From Desulfobaccales bacterium (GTDB lineage: Bacteria > Desulfobacterota > Desulfobaccia > Desulfobaccales > 0-14-0-80-60-11): a DNA stretch of 64,000 nucleotides. The stretch covers positions 1,856 through 65,855 of the forward strand of contig JBBFLF010000002.1 in NCBI GenBank assembly GCA_037481655.1. Reading direction: 5' to 3'. The translations under genes were made by a program, and so were the position numbers. Shown here piece after piece: positions 12,135 to 21,067 of the stretch. Under the pieces are notes generated by a model. It was given only the letters and a program-made list of their open reading frames with translations, searched no databases and was not told the origin of the DNA. Each line of letters starts with the position of its first letter. Position 1 is the first letter of the stretch.

Positions 12135-12766
12135 CGCGCTTTTAGGCCCTCCAGCAGCCGGGTGATCCACAGCCAGCCGGCCAGCTTGCGCCAGGCGCCC
12201 GTCGGCGGCGGCTCGGAGGCGGTGAGCCTCTGCCACAGGACGCGCCTTAGTCCCTCCCAGCCCTGCTCCAGACGGGCACTGTCCGGGGCCATGCTCTCCA
12301 GGGTCTCCCCCAAATCGAGATATAAGCGTACCGCCACCGCCTGGGCGAGAAAATCCCGCACCACCTCAGTGGCTGCCGTGGTGGAGCGAGTTAAGTGGGT
12401 GTGGAGGACGGTGATCAAGGCGCTGCGGCAGACGGCGCTCTCCAGGCTGCCCTTCTCCGGCAGCCAGGTCTCGGCCAGGGCCTGAGCCCGGGCCAGGACC
12501 GCCAGGGGAGATGGGGCCTCAGCCGCGGGCTGGCCGCGCCGCTCCTCCCAGAAAGCGCCCAATTCCTGGGCCACCTGCCGGGCCAAGCGGAAAAAGGGCG
12601 AAGCTCCCTCCGCTTCCGCCGCGGCCGTCACTGCCGCTACATACCGGTGCAGGACCTCCTGAGCGCTCACCACGTCGCCAGCCGTCGCCAGATAGCGGCC
12701 TGCTGCGGTTTTGGCCGCCCGCCAGAGACGGCCGGACGGGGGTTTCCGAGCAGTGGAGGTCCCCAT
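12131..12766 (-). CDS. qatB: QatB-like protein
   Basis: N-terminal MGTS; segments SLESAVCRSAL and DFLAQAVAVRLYLDLGE resemble QatB helices as I recall them; translationally coupled to qatC. Confidence 0.72.
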   Translation of the reverse strand: MGTSTARKPPSGRLWRAAKTAAGRYLATAGDVVSAQEVLHRYVAAVTAAAEAEGASPFFRLARQVAQELGAFWEERRGQPAAEAPSPLAVLARAQALAETWLPEKGSLESAVCRSALITVLHTHLTRSTTAATEVVRDFLAQAVAVRLYLDLGETLESMAPDSARLEQGWEGLRRVLWQRLTASEPPPTGAWRKLAGWLWITRLLEGLKAR

Positions 12767-12902
12767 GGGTCAAAAGGTAGGGGCAGTTTTTGGCCGGTCC
12801 CTCGGGCACCCCTCCCTCCCCCGTCATGAGATGGGGGAAACGGGGGGGGGAGAGGAGACGGGTCCTGCCAGCCTCGCTTTGCGGACATTTCTGATGGCCC
12901 CC

Positions 12903-12911
12903 ACTATAGCA
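12903..12911 (-). promoter_or_regulatory. Extended -10 promoter element upstream of qatB
   Basis: Minus strand TGCTATAGT (TGn + TATAGT) just after the radical SAM stop, about 137 bp upstream of the qatB ATG. Confidence 0.5.
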
Positions 12912-12914
12912 GGA

Positions 12915-14258
12915 TCAGGTTTCCTGGGCCAGCCGTTTCAGCCGGGTGTAGCGCTCCCAGGAAAAGGTGGGCCAGCAGGGGAAAAGGGAATTGTTATGGC
13001 ACAGGGGCTCCGCCCTGAGGTCATAGCGGGAGGCCGCCACCGCCTTGGGCCAGGCGGGGGTGCCGGGGAGAGGGGAGTAAGAGGCCAGGATGGGTTTCAC
13101 CCCCAGGCGCCGCAGGGTTCGGATGGAGGCCTCCATTTCGGCATCCTCCTGGCCAGGCAGGCCAAGGAGCAGATAGGCCCCGATTTCCCCCGGGGCATAG
13201 CCTGCCGCCACCAGATGGGCCACCGCCGCTTCCAGCTCTTCCTTAGCCAGCTTGCGGTCCGGCCGGGCCTCCCAGCGGGCCGCGGTCTCCACCCCGAGGC
13301 GGGGCTGGACAAACCCCGCCCGCTTGAGCGCCCGGGCCACCTCCGGGGTGAGGAAGCGGGCATGGAGGGCATTGGGGGTATGAAAGCGCAATTTCAGCCC
13401 CAGCCTTGCCACCTCCTCCAAAAAGGCTAGGGCATGCTCCTCAGGGCGACATAAGAAAGCATCGTCATATAGGGCCACGTCGGCCAAGCCCAGGGTGCGG
13501 TGCCAATACGCCAGTTCCGCTGCCGCCGCAGCAGGCGCTCGCGGTCGCCAGGGCCCGGCCAGCCGGGGAGAGGCGCAGTACTCACAGGCAAAGGGGCAGC
13601 CCCGGGAGGTGAGGAGGGGGATGAAACTGAGGCCGGAAGCCAGATGCAGGGCCGGCCAGGGGGGCTCCTCCCACGGGGCGGGAGGCCGGGGCGGCCCCAG
13701 CCCCAGGGTCGCAAGGGCGGCGGGCAACGTTTCCTCCCCCGGGCCGGGAAGAACCACATCTGCGCCGCTGACCCGACGGGCGTGCTCCGGACACAGGCTG
13801 GCGTAGATGCCCCCCAACAGCACCGGCGCCCGGGGGAAATACTCCCGCACCAGGCGGATGACGGCCGCCACCCCGGGGTACCAGTAGGTCATGAGGGAGG
13901 TCACCAGCACCGCATCCGGTGGAGCCAGCTCTTCCAGCCGGGACCGCACCTGGGCCTCGGGGGCGCCGTAGCGGCCATAGCGCCGGGGCACGTCCGCCAC
14001 CACCGGGGGCGTGGGCAGGATTTCCTTGGGATAGCGGCCGGTGCCGAAGGGACCGGGGCGGCGGGGCGCGGCCAGGCAGTCCAGATACTCCACCTCGTAG
14101 CCCAGACTCAGGAGCAGGCCTGCCAGGGTCAGCAATCCCAACGGCGCGGCAAAGAAATCATAGGCGGCGAAGTCGTAAATCCAGGGGTTGACCAGAAGCA
14201 GCCGGGGAGCCGGTCGGGGAGCCGGGGCCGGTGGCCGGGCGTCCATCAAGGTCACCAT
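12915..14258 (-). CDS. B12-binding-domain radical SAM protein
   Basis: N-terminal cobalamin-binding domain (LLVNPWIYDFAAYD...PLGL; GGIYASL) and CxxxCxxC motif RGCPFACEYC. Confidence 0.9.
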   Translation of the reverse strand: MVTLMDARPPAPAPRPAPRLLLVNPWIYDFAAYDFFAAPLGLLTLAGLLLSLGYEVEYLDCLAAPRRPGPFGTGRYPKEILPTPPVVADVPRRYGRYGAPEAQVRSRLEELAPPDAVLVTSLMTYWYPGVAAVIRLVREYFPRAPVLLGGIYASLCPEHARRVSGADVVLPGPGEETLPAALATLGLGPPRPPAPWEEPPWPALHLASGLSFIPLLTSRGCPFACEYCASPRLAGPWRPRAPAAAAAELAYWHRTLGLADVALYDDAFLCRPEEHALAFLEEVARLGLKLRFHTPNALHARFLTPEVARALKRAGFVQPRLGVETAARWEARPDRKLAKEELEAAVAHLVAAGYAPGEIGAYLLLGLPGQEDAEMEASIRTLRRLGVKPILASYSPLPGTPAWPKAVAASRYDLRAEPLCHNNSLFPCWPTFSWERYTRLKRLAQET

Positions 14259-14347
14259 GGGAGACGGGCAAAGATTCCCGGAAATCGCCCCTCAGCCTGG
14301 GTGCCGGAACCAATATTCCATGGACAGACTTGCGAGGCTGCGGGCTG

Positions 14348-15787
14348 TCAGCCGGGGGGTTGGGGTCGCTCCCGGGCAAATCCCAGGATATAGCTCCACA
14401 GACGCCGGGTGAGGGGAGTGGTGGGGGTGAGGGCAATCTCCACCACTGCGCCCTGAGCCGGCCCTCCCGGGTGGGCCCTCTTGAGGCCCGCCACCCAGAC
14501 CACCCGCCCCTCAAATAAGAGCAGGGGCAGATGGGGCCGGAGCCAGCGGGGGACATGCAGATCCGTGAGCACATCCTGGAGCTTGCGCACCCCCGGGGCG
14601 CCGGCGGGATGGAAGCGGTCCCCGGGCCGGGGCGGCCGCACCAGCAGGGGAAAGGCCACCTGGGCGGCCGGGAGGTGCGCCACCTCCGGGGGGAGCGGGC
14701 CGGAGCCCCTGGTGCTGGAAAGGACCCGGACCTCCCAGCGCCAGCCAGGAGGGGTGTCCAGCGCCCCCGGACCGGAGAGGCGCCCCTCCCAGGAGGTGGC
14801 CTGGGGCAAGGCCGGAAAAAAGTGCAGCTCCCCGCCGGCCCGGGCCGCGGTGCAACCCGCCAGGGCGAGGCTGCCGCCGCTTTTGCGGGCCCGGGCCAGG
14901 GCTACAAGGCTTTCCCGGTGCGTCTCCAAAAGCTCCCCCCCGCCGGCCGCGGCCGCCAGGTGCTGCAGCAGCCGGGCCTGGAGCGCTTCGGGGAGACTGC
15001 AGAGGGCTGCCGTGCTCACCGCCCAAAGGTCCGGGGCCGGCCGGCGCACCAGACGGGTGAAGGCCGCCTCGGTGTGGGTCTTCAGGAAGCGCTCGTCCTC
15101 CTGAAGCCGGGCCATGAGCCGCCACACCCCTTCCCGGAGGCGGGGGTTATAGTTAGCCTCCAGATGCGGCAGGAGCTCCTGGCGCACCCGGTTGCGGAGA
15201 TAAGCGGGGCTGAGATTGCTTATATCCTGCTGATAAGGGAGGCCTTCCTTTTCCAGCCAGGCCAGGAGCACGGCCTTGCCCACCGCCAAGAGCGGCCGGA
15301 TGAAGCCCTCGGGGGAGACGGGCCACATGCCGGCCAGGCCGCTGAGCCCCGCGCCTCGCATCAGGCGCAGGAAAAAGAGTTCCACCTGATCATCGGCGGT
15401 GTGGCCGACGGCCACTTGGTCATAACCCTCTTCCTGGCAAACCCGACGGAGATAAGCCCGGCGGAGCTCCCGGGCGGCCATCTGCACCGAGAGGCCCTGT
15501 CCGCGGGCGTGGGCGGCGGCATCTCCCCGGCCCTCGTGGTAAGGCAGGTCCAAATCAGCCGCCAGCCGGGCCACAAAGGCGGCGTCGGCATCCGCCGCCG
15601 CGCCCCGGAGGCCGTGATGGAAATGGGCCACGCCGAGGGTAAGGCCCAAATCCACCCTGAGGCGCCACAACAGATGGAGCAGGGCCACGGAATCCGGCCC
15701 CCCGGAGACCGCCACCAGGAGGCGCTCTCCCGCAGCACAGAGCCCTGCCCCGCGGAGATACTCCCTCACCCAGACCGGCAGATCCAC
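14348..15787 (-). CDS. tilS: tRNA(Ile)-lysidine synthetase
   Basis: VAVSGGPDS PP-loop, GHTADDQVE, RNRVR, C-terminal RPGDRF...KLQDVL. Start estimated at GTG 15787; the ORF track extends to 15907. Confidence 0.95.
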   Translation of the reverse strand: MDLPVWVREYLRGAGLCAAGERLLVAVSGGPDSVALLHLLWRLRVDLGLTLGVAHFHHGLRGAAADADAAFVARLAADLDLPYHEGRGDAAAHARGQGLSVQMAARELRRAYLRRVCQEEGYDQVAVGHTADDQVELFFLRLMRGAGLSGLAGMWPVSPEGFIRPLLAVGKAVLLAWLEKEGLPYQQDISNLSPAYLRNRVRQELLPHLEANYNPRLREGVWRLMARLQEDERFLKTHTEAAFTRLVRRPAPDLWAVSTAALCSLPEALQARLLQHLAAAAGGGELLETHRESLVALARARKSGGSLALAGCTAARAGGELHFFPALPQATSWEGRLSGPGALDTPPGWRWEVRVLSSTRGSGPLPPEVAHLPAAQVAFPLLVRPPRPGDRFHPAGAPGVRKLQDVLTDLHVPRWLRPHLPLLLFEGRVVWVAGLKRAHPGGPAQGAVVEIALTPTTPLTRRLWSYILGFARERPQPPG

Positions 15788-15816
15788 CGGGGCCGTCGGG
15801 TCAAGGAGCGGGAGAG

Positions 15817-16200
15817 CTAATCGCCGGGCCACAGACTTTGGACCGCCTGGAGGAGAGAGCTTTTGGAAAAAGGCTTGGAGAGGAAGAGGTCCACCAGCTC
15901 CGGCCACTCCCGGCGCTGAGCCGGGTCCGGCACCTCGGAGGACATGAGCACAATGCGGCAGTCGGGGGCCATCTCCTTTAGGCGCCGGGCCACTTCCAGG
16001 CCGGTGAGGCCCGGGAGATGGTAATCCACCAGAGCCAGGCGCAGGGGCACCCCGAGGGTCACGGCCTCCAGATCGGCCAAACCGTCCCAGGCAAGGACCT
16101 GGAAGCCCGCCTTAGTCAGGATGTGGGTGATGGCCTCCCGGGTGCCGGGGTCATCGTCCACCACCAGAATCCTGGCCTCCATCAGGTCTCCCTGTGCCAT
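15817..16200 (-). CDS. Single-domain response regulator (CheY-like)
   Basis: ILVVDDD, LVDYHLP (phospho-Asp), SKP. Confidence 0.9.
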   Translation of the reverse strand: MAQGDLMEARILVVDDDPGTREAITHILTKAGFQVLAWDGLADLEAVTLGVPLRLALVDYHLPGLTGLEVARRLKEMAPDCRIVLMSSEVPDPAQRREWPELVDLFLSKPFSKSSLLQAVQSLWPGD

Positions 16201-16236
16201 AAAAAGGTTGGCCCCGCGGATCGGCCTGACTGAGGC

Positions 16237-18021
16237 TCAGGCCGCCACCCCCGCCTGTCCGCCTTCTTCCGGGGCCGCCTTCAGGGCCACGTGAAAGGTG
16301 CTGCCCCGGCCAGGTTCGCTCTCCACCCAGATGCGCCCCTGATTGGCCTCCACCAGGGTGCGGCAGATATAGAGCCCCAGGCCGCTGCCGTTCCCCCGCT
16401 GGTGCCGGAATTTTTCAAACAACTCCGCCTGATCTTCGGGCCTGATGCCCCGGCCGGTGTCGCTGACCAGGAGTTCCACCCCGGGGCTGTCCCCGTCGAG
16501 ACGGCGGCCCGCCACCCGGATCTCCCCGCCCGCCGGGGTGGCGTTCAAGGCATTGATGAGCAGGTTGGCCAGCACCCGCTCCAGGGAGGGCTCATCCACC
16601 CACACGGGGGGCAGGTCCGGCGGCAGAGCGGCGTGAAGTGTGACGCCCTGGCGCTGGGCCAGGGGGGTGAAGTGATCCAGCAGCCGGCGCACCACCCCGG
16701 CCGCGGGCACGGCCTCGGGACTTAAAGCCAGGCGCCCGGATTCGGCCCGGCTGAGATACAGCACGTTGTGCAGGTGCAGGAGCAGACCCTCGCTGCGCTG
16801 GATGATGCCCTGGAGCTTCTGCTGCAAACCCGGAGGGAGGGGCTCGTCCTCCAACGCCTCGATGGTGAGGCGCAGGCCAGTCAAGGGGGCCTTGATGTCG
16901 TGCACGATCATGGAGAGGAAATCGGCGTTGGCGGCGATGCGGTCCCGCTCCGCCTGGAGCTGCCGGGTCTTTTCCGCCAGCGCCTGGGTCATGGCGTTGA
17001 AGGACTCCGCCAGCTCCCCCAGCTCATCCCGGCTGGTCACCGGAATGTCCCCGGGGAGCTCCTCAATGGCGGCCCGGCGGGTGCCCTCCGCCAGGTGGGC
17101 GATCTGGCGGCGCATGCCCAAAGACAACCAGGTGCTGAGGAGGGCGGCCAGCAGGATGCTCGCCCCGCCCACCCCGAAGATGGCCAGCTTCAGGCCCCTG
17201 AGGGCCTGGGCCAGCTCCCGGCGGTTCACCCCCACCACGATGACGTTTTCCCAGGATTTGCCCTCCTCCTCCAGGGGCAGGAAGGTGACGGTGTAGGACT
17301 CGCCCGCCAGGGCCAGGGTCTGCACCTGCTCCGGGGCCAAAGGCGCATGCGCGGCCTGCTCCCGGACGCGCTGCAGTGCCGCCAGCGACTCTTCCGGTAG
17401 ATCCTTGAAGGAATTCACCACCAGCCGGGGGCCGAAGAAGATGGCCACCTCCGCCCCCGGCCGGGAGAGGGACTCCACAAAGCCCTTGTCCACCAACAAA
17501 CCGGTGAGCACCACCCCCACCACCCGGTCCTGGAAGAGGATGGGGGCGGAGGCGGAAAGGGAGACGCTGTCCTGCCACTCCGTCATGCGGCTGGCCGCCT
17601 TGCCCTTGAGGCCCGCCCGGATGAGGGGATTGCTGGCGATGTTGACCCCGATGGCCCCCGGGTCATGGCCCCGCACCTGGATGACTCCCTGGGCGTCGGT
17701 GATGGTGAGGATGTGGAGCCCCGTGGCCCGCATCACCGGCATCACCAAGGGCCTGAGGCTGGCAAAATCCCCCTGGGCCAAAAGCTCGGCATAGGTCGGA
17801 TTGTCTGAGAGCAGGTGCGCCGCCTGCACCACCCGCTGGATCTTCCCCTGGTATTCCGCCAGCACCAGCCGGGCCACCAGATCCACCCGCTGGGCATGCC
17901 ACTGGAGGATCTGGCGGGTGGCCAGATATTGCATCACAAAGAGCAGGCTCACCAGGGCCACCACCAACGAAAAGAGGTTGACCCCCAGGAGCTTGAGCCC
18001 CACCTTGCTTTTGACCCACAT
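16237..18021 (-). CDS. Membrane sensor histidine kinase (Cache-like, HAMP, HisKA, HATPase)
   Basis: Two TMs, HAMP DELGELAESFNAM, H-box VHDIKAPLT, N-box NLLINA, DTGRG, GSGLGL. Start estimated at ATG 18021. Confidence 0.92.
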   Translation of the reverse strand: MWVKSKVGLKLLGVNLFSLVVALVSLLFVMQYLATRQILQWHAQRVDLVARLVLAEYQGKIQRVVQAAHLLSDNPTYAELLAQGDFASLRPLVMPVMRATGLHILTITDAQGVIQVRGHDPGAIGVNIASNPLIRAGLKGKAASRMTEWQDSVSLSASAPILFQDRVVGVVLTGLLVDKGFVESLSRPGAEVAIFFGPRLVVNSFKDLPEESLAALQRVREQAAHAPLAPEQVQTLALAGESYTVTFLPLEEEGKSWENVIVVGVNRRELAQALRGLKLAIFGVGGASILLAALLSTWLSLGMRRQIAHLAEGTRRAAIEELPGDIPVTSRDELGELAESFNAMTQALAEKTRQLQAERDRIAANADFLSMIVHDIKAPLTGLRLTIEALEDEPLPPGLQQKLQGIIQRSEGLLLHLHNVLYLSRAESGRLALSPEAVPAAGVVRRLLDHFTPLAQRQGVTLHAALPPDLPPVWVDEPSLERVLANLLINALNATPAGGEIRVAGRRLDGDSPGVELLVSDTGRGIRPEDQAELFEKFRHQRGNGSGLGLYICRTLVEANQGRIWVESEPGRGSTFHVALKAAPEEGGQAGVAA

Positions 18022-18226
18022 AGGACCAGACGGCGGTGAAAGTGATGGGTGCAGGGAGGGGAGGACCAGGGGCACCCCCACCCTCCCGATCCACTTCACG
18101 GGCTTGGGGGAGGAGGAGGCTAGCCCTGCCCTCTCTCCTGCACGCCAAGGCAACCAAACTCACCTTAACCTTAGCATATTCCACCACAAGGGGGAATATG
18201 AGGGCAACGGGGAGAGGGGGCGGGAG

Positions 18227-18260
18227 AAAGGGGCCCCGGAGAGCTCCCCGGGGCCCCTTT
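18227..18260 (-). terminator. Intrinsic terminator after cydB
   Basis: Inverted repeat AAAGGGGCCCCGG-N8-CCGGGGCCCCTTT immediately after the cydB stop. Confidence 0.75.
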
Positions 18261-18266
18261 GAGGGA

Positions 18267-19295
18267 TCAGTAGAGCTTCTCTTCCGGCTCGGCGGCGCTC
18301 ACCTTCTCCCTAAAAAGCAGGTGGGCCCAGGTCTGGTAGGCAATGACCAGGGGCACGAAGGTGAGGGCCACCCCCAGCATGATCTTCAGGGTGAAGGGGG
18401 AGGAGGCGGCGTTGTGCACCGTCAGGCTGAAGGCCGGGTCGAGGCTGGAGGGGATGAGGTTGGGGTAGAGCCCCACCACCCCGAAGAGGGTGACCCCGAG
18501 GATGGTGCCGGCGGAGGCGAACCAAGCCGGCCACCAGGCCTCCCGGCGCATCCACACGTAAGTGAGCAGCAGCGCCGCCACCGTGGCCAGGGGCAAAAGC
18601 AGGAGCACCGGATAGGCGAAGTAATTGTCCCACAGGCGGGTGACCCGGCGGCTGGCCAGCAAAAAGACCACCGCCAGAACCAGCACCCAGGGCCACAGGC
18701 TCCGGGCGGTGGCCGCGGCCCGCTGGTGCATTTCCCCTGCCGTCTTCACCGCCAGCCACAGAGCCCCGTGCAGGCAGAAGAGGAGCACAAACAGGAGTCC
18801 TCCCGCCAGGCCATAAGGGTTGAGCAGGGTGAAGAGCGTCCCCTGGAAATGCCCTTCGGCATCATAGGGGAGGCCCCGGAAGAGGTTGGCGAAGGCCACC
18901 CCCAAAAGCAGGGCGGGGAGGAGGCTCCCTACAAAGAGGCAGGTGTCCCATAGCCGCCGCCAGCGGGGATCCTCCACCTGATCCCGGAAGGCGAAGGTGA
19001 CGCCCCGCAAGATCAGGGCAAAGAGAATGAACATGAGGGGGGTGTAGAGGCCGCTGAACATGGCGGCGTAAGCCGTGGGGAAGGCGGCAAAGGTCACCCC
19101 GCCGGCGGCGATGAGCCAAACTTCGTTGCCGTCCCAGTGGGGTTCCGTCACCCGGTAGATGAGGCGGCGGTCCGCCTCGGTCTTGCCCAGTCCCGGCAGG
19201 AGAATCCCCAGGCCCAGGTCAAAGCCGTCCAGCACGAAGTACACCGCCCACAAAAGACCCCAAAGGAGAAACCAGATGGTCAGGAGCATGGTCAC
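18267..19295 (-). CDS. cydB: Cytochrome bd ubiquinol oxidase subunit II
   Basis: LDGFDLG, WDGNEVWL, AFPTAYAAMFSG motifs. Confidence 0.97.
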   Translation of the reverse strand: MTMLLTIWFLLWGLLWAVYFVLDGFDLGLGILLPGLGKTEADRRLIYRVTEPHWDGNEVWLIAAGGVTFAAFPTAYAAMFSGLYTPLMFILFALILRGVTFAFRDQVEDPRWRRLWDTCLFVGSLLPALLLGVAFANLFRGLPYDAEGHFQGTLFTLLNPYGLAGGLLFVLLFCLHGALWLAVKTAGEMHQRAAATARSLWPWVLVLAVVFLLASRRVTRLWDNYFAYPVLLLLPLATVAALLLTYVWMRREAWWPAWFASAGTILGVTLFGVVGLYPNLIPSSLDPAFSLTVHNAASSPFTLKIMLGVALTFVPLVIAYQTWAHLLFREKVSAAEPEEKLY

Positions 19296-20620
19296 TCACC
19301 TCCCCCCACGACTGCCGGCGCCGGCTCCGGACCGGCCTTGGCGAATTGGGCCATGAGATAAAAGGCAATGAGCCCCAACAAACCATATACCACCAAAAAG
19401 GCCGCCAAGGTCACCCCCACCTGGCTGGCGGCGATGGGGGAGACCGCGTCCTTGGTCTTCATCAGGCCGTAAACGATCCAGGGCTGGCGCCCCACCTCGG
19501 TGACGATCCAGCCGGCCTGCAAGGCGATGTAGGGCAGGGGGATGGCATAGAGCATCACCCGCAAGTATAAGGGGTTGACGATGAGCCGGTCCCGCAGCAG
19601 CCAGCCGATGCCGGTGAGGAGGACAAAGAGGAAGCCCAGGCCCACCATCACCCGGAAGGCCAAAAACGTCAGGAGCACCGGCGGCCGCTCCTCCTTGGGG
19701 AAGTCTTTGAGGCCCTTCACCACCGCCTGGGAGTCGTGAAAGGCGAGCAGGCTCAGAAGCCCGGGAATCCGGCCGATCTCCACCAAGTTGCGTTCGTTTT
19801 TCTCATCCGGGATGAGAAACAGGGTCTGGGGGGCGCCGGCCTGGGTCTCCCACAGGGCCTCCATGGCCGCCAGCTTGGTGGGCTGCAGCTTGGCCACCTC
19901 GGCGCCGTGGATATGGCCCTGCACCACTTCCGCCACCGAGAAGATGAGGGCGAAGATGAGGCCCAGCCGGAAGGATTTGGTGAAAAAGGAGACGTGCTGC
20001 TCCCGGAGGAGGTGATAGGCGCTCACGCCCATGACGAAGAAGCCGGAGAGGATGTAGGCGCCAGTTAAGGTGTGGAAGATGATCTGCCAGCCGAAGGGCT
20101 GGGTGATGATGGCCCAGAAATTCTCCAGCTCCGCCCGGCCGTTACGGATCACATAGCCCACCGGATGCTGCATCCAGGCGTTGGCGGTGAGGATCCAGAT
20201 GGCGGAAAGGTTGCTGGCCGCGGCCACCAGCCAGATGGTGAGGCAGTGCAGCCGGGGGGAGAGCCGGTCCCAGGTGAGGGCCCAGACCGCCACAAAGGTG
20301 GACTCCAGGAAAAAAGAGGTAGTGGCCTCGATGGCCAACAGCGACCCGAAGATGTCCCCCACGTATTTGGAGTAGCGGGACCAGTTGGTGCCGAACTGAA
20401 ACTCCAGGGTGATGCCCGTCACCACCCCCAAGGCGAAGTTCACCAGGAAGATCTTGCCCCAGAACCGGGCCTGACGCCGGTACTCCTCATTGCCGGTGCG
20501 CACATACTGCGTCTCCATGATGGCGATGAGGATGGAGAGCCCCAGGGTGAGAGGGACAAAGAGGAAATGGAAAAAGGTGGCCACGGCAAACTGCAATCGG
20601 GACAGCATCACCACATCCAT
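19292..20620 (-). CDS. cydA: Cytochrome bd ubiquinol oxidase subunit I
   Basis: SRLQFA...HFLFVP, GITLEFQFG, QPTKLAAME, EVGRQPW; short Q-loop type. Confidence 0.98.
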   Translation of the reverse strand: MDVVMLSRLQFAVATFFHFLFVPLTLGLSILIAIMETQYVRTGNEEYRRQARFWGKIFLVNFALGVVTGITLEFQFGTNWSRYSKYVGDIFGSLLAIEATTSFFLESTFVAVWALTWDRLSPRLHCLTIWLVAAASNLSAIWILTANAWMQHPVGYVIRNGRAELENFWAIITQPFGWQIIFHTLTGAYILSGFFVMGVSAYHLLREQHVSFFTKSFRLGLIFALIFSVAEVVQGHIHGAEVAKLQPTKLAAMEALWETQAGAPQTLFLIPDEKNERNLVEIGRIPGLLSLLAFHDSQAVVKGLKDFPKEERPPVLLTFLAFRVMVGLGFLFVLLTGIGWLLRDRLIVNPLYLRVMLYAIPLPYIALQAGWIVTEVGRQPWIVYGLMKTKDAVSPIAASQVGVTLAAFLVVYGLLGLIAFYLMAQFAKAGPEPAPAVVGGGE

Positions 20621-20812
20621 GGGCCGTTCACCCTCCTTTCACAGTGACTCGGGGAGGCATGGAACCAGACGCCTATCGTCATTCCATACTCCCCAAAATG
20701 AACAAATGTCAAGGAAATGAAACGGGCAGTTCCTTATTTACCCCCCGCCAAATAAAGCCTAATAAGATCGGCGAATATGGCCGTGGTGGACTTGCCCACC
20801 GACTTCCCAACC

Positions 20813-21058
20813 TCACCCGAGATGGGGCCAGGGTTCATTTTCCCGGATCTCCACCAGATAGCAGAAGTGGTCCCACTCCACCTCTTTGCGGGAGACGGGG
20901 CAGCGCAGCCTGACTTTGCGCTCGCTCACCCCGATGACCTCCCAGTCGCCGGCCCGGGGTCCGGCGGCCAAGGTGATTTTCTGGCCCACCTCCAGGGGAA
21001 AAGGGCGGAAAATGATGACCCGCTGGGAACGCACAGGAACAGGCTGGCTCATGGCCAC
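20813..21058 (-). CDS. Small conserved-looking hypothetical protein (81 aa)
   Basis: Beta-rich SH3-like pattern FRPFPLEVGQKI...GDWEVIGVSERKVRLRCP...EWDHFCY; starts 10 bp after the upstream gene's stop on the same strand. Confidence 0.65.
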   Translation of the reverse strand: MAMSQPVPVRSQRVIIFRPFPLEVGQKITLAAGPRAGDWEVIGVSERKVRLRCPVSRKEVEWDHFCYLVEIRENEPWPHLG

Positions 21059-21067
21059 CTCGTCAGC

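Noticed and set aside
12915-14258. Radical SAM as QueE supplying the deazaguanine precursor for QatC
   Set aside because: It has a B12-binding domain and is about twice QueE length, with no QueE motifs.
14405-14520. Further copies of the repeat family here, at 18050-18130 and at 53710-53790
   Set aside because: Similar hairpin style, but only short shared motifs; alignment by eye is not convincing.
9514-15787. qatA (KAP NTPase) or qatD (TatD) hidden near qatBC
   Set aside because: No Walker A/B KAP motifs or TatD HxH motif in any flanking frame; the neighbours are clearly MFS, radical SAM and TilS.
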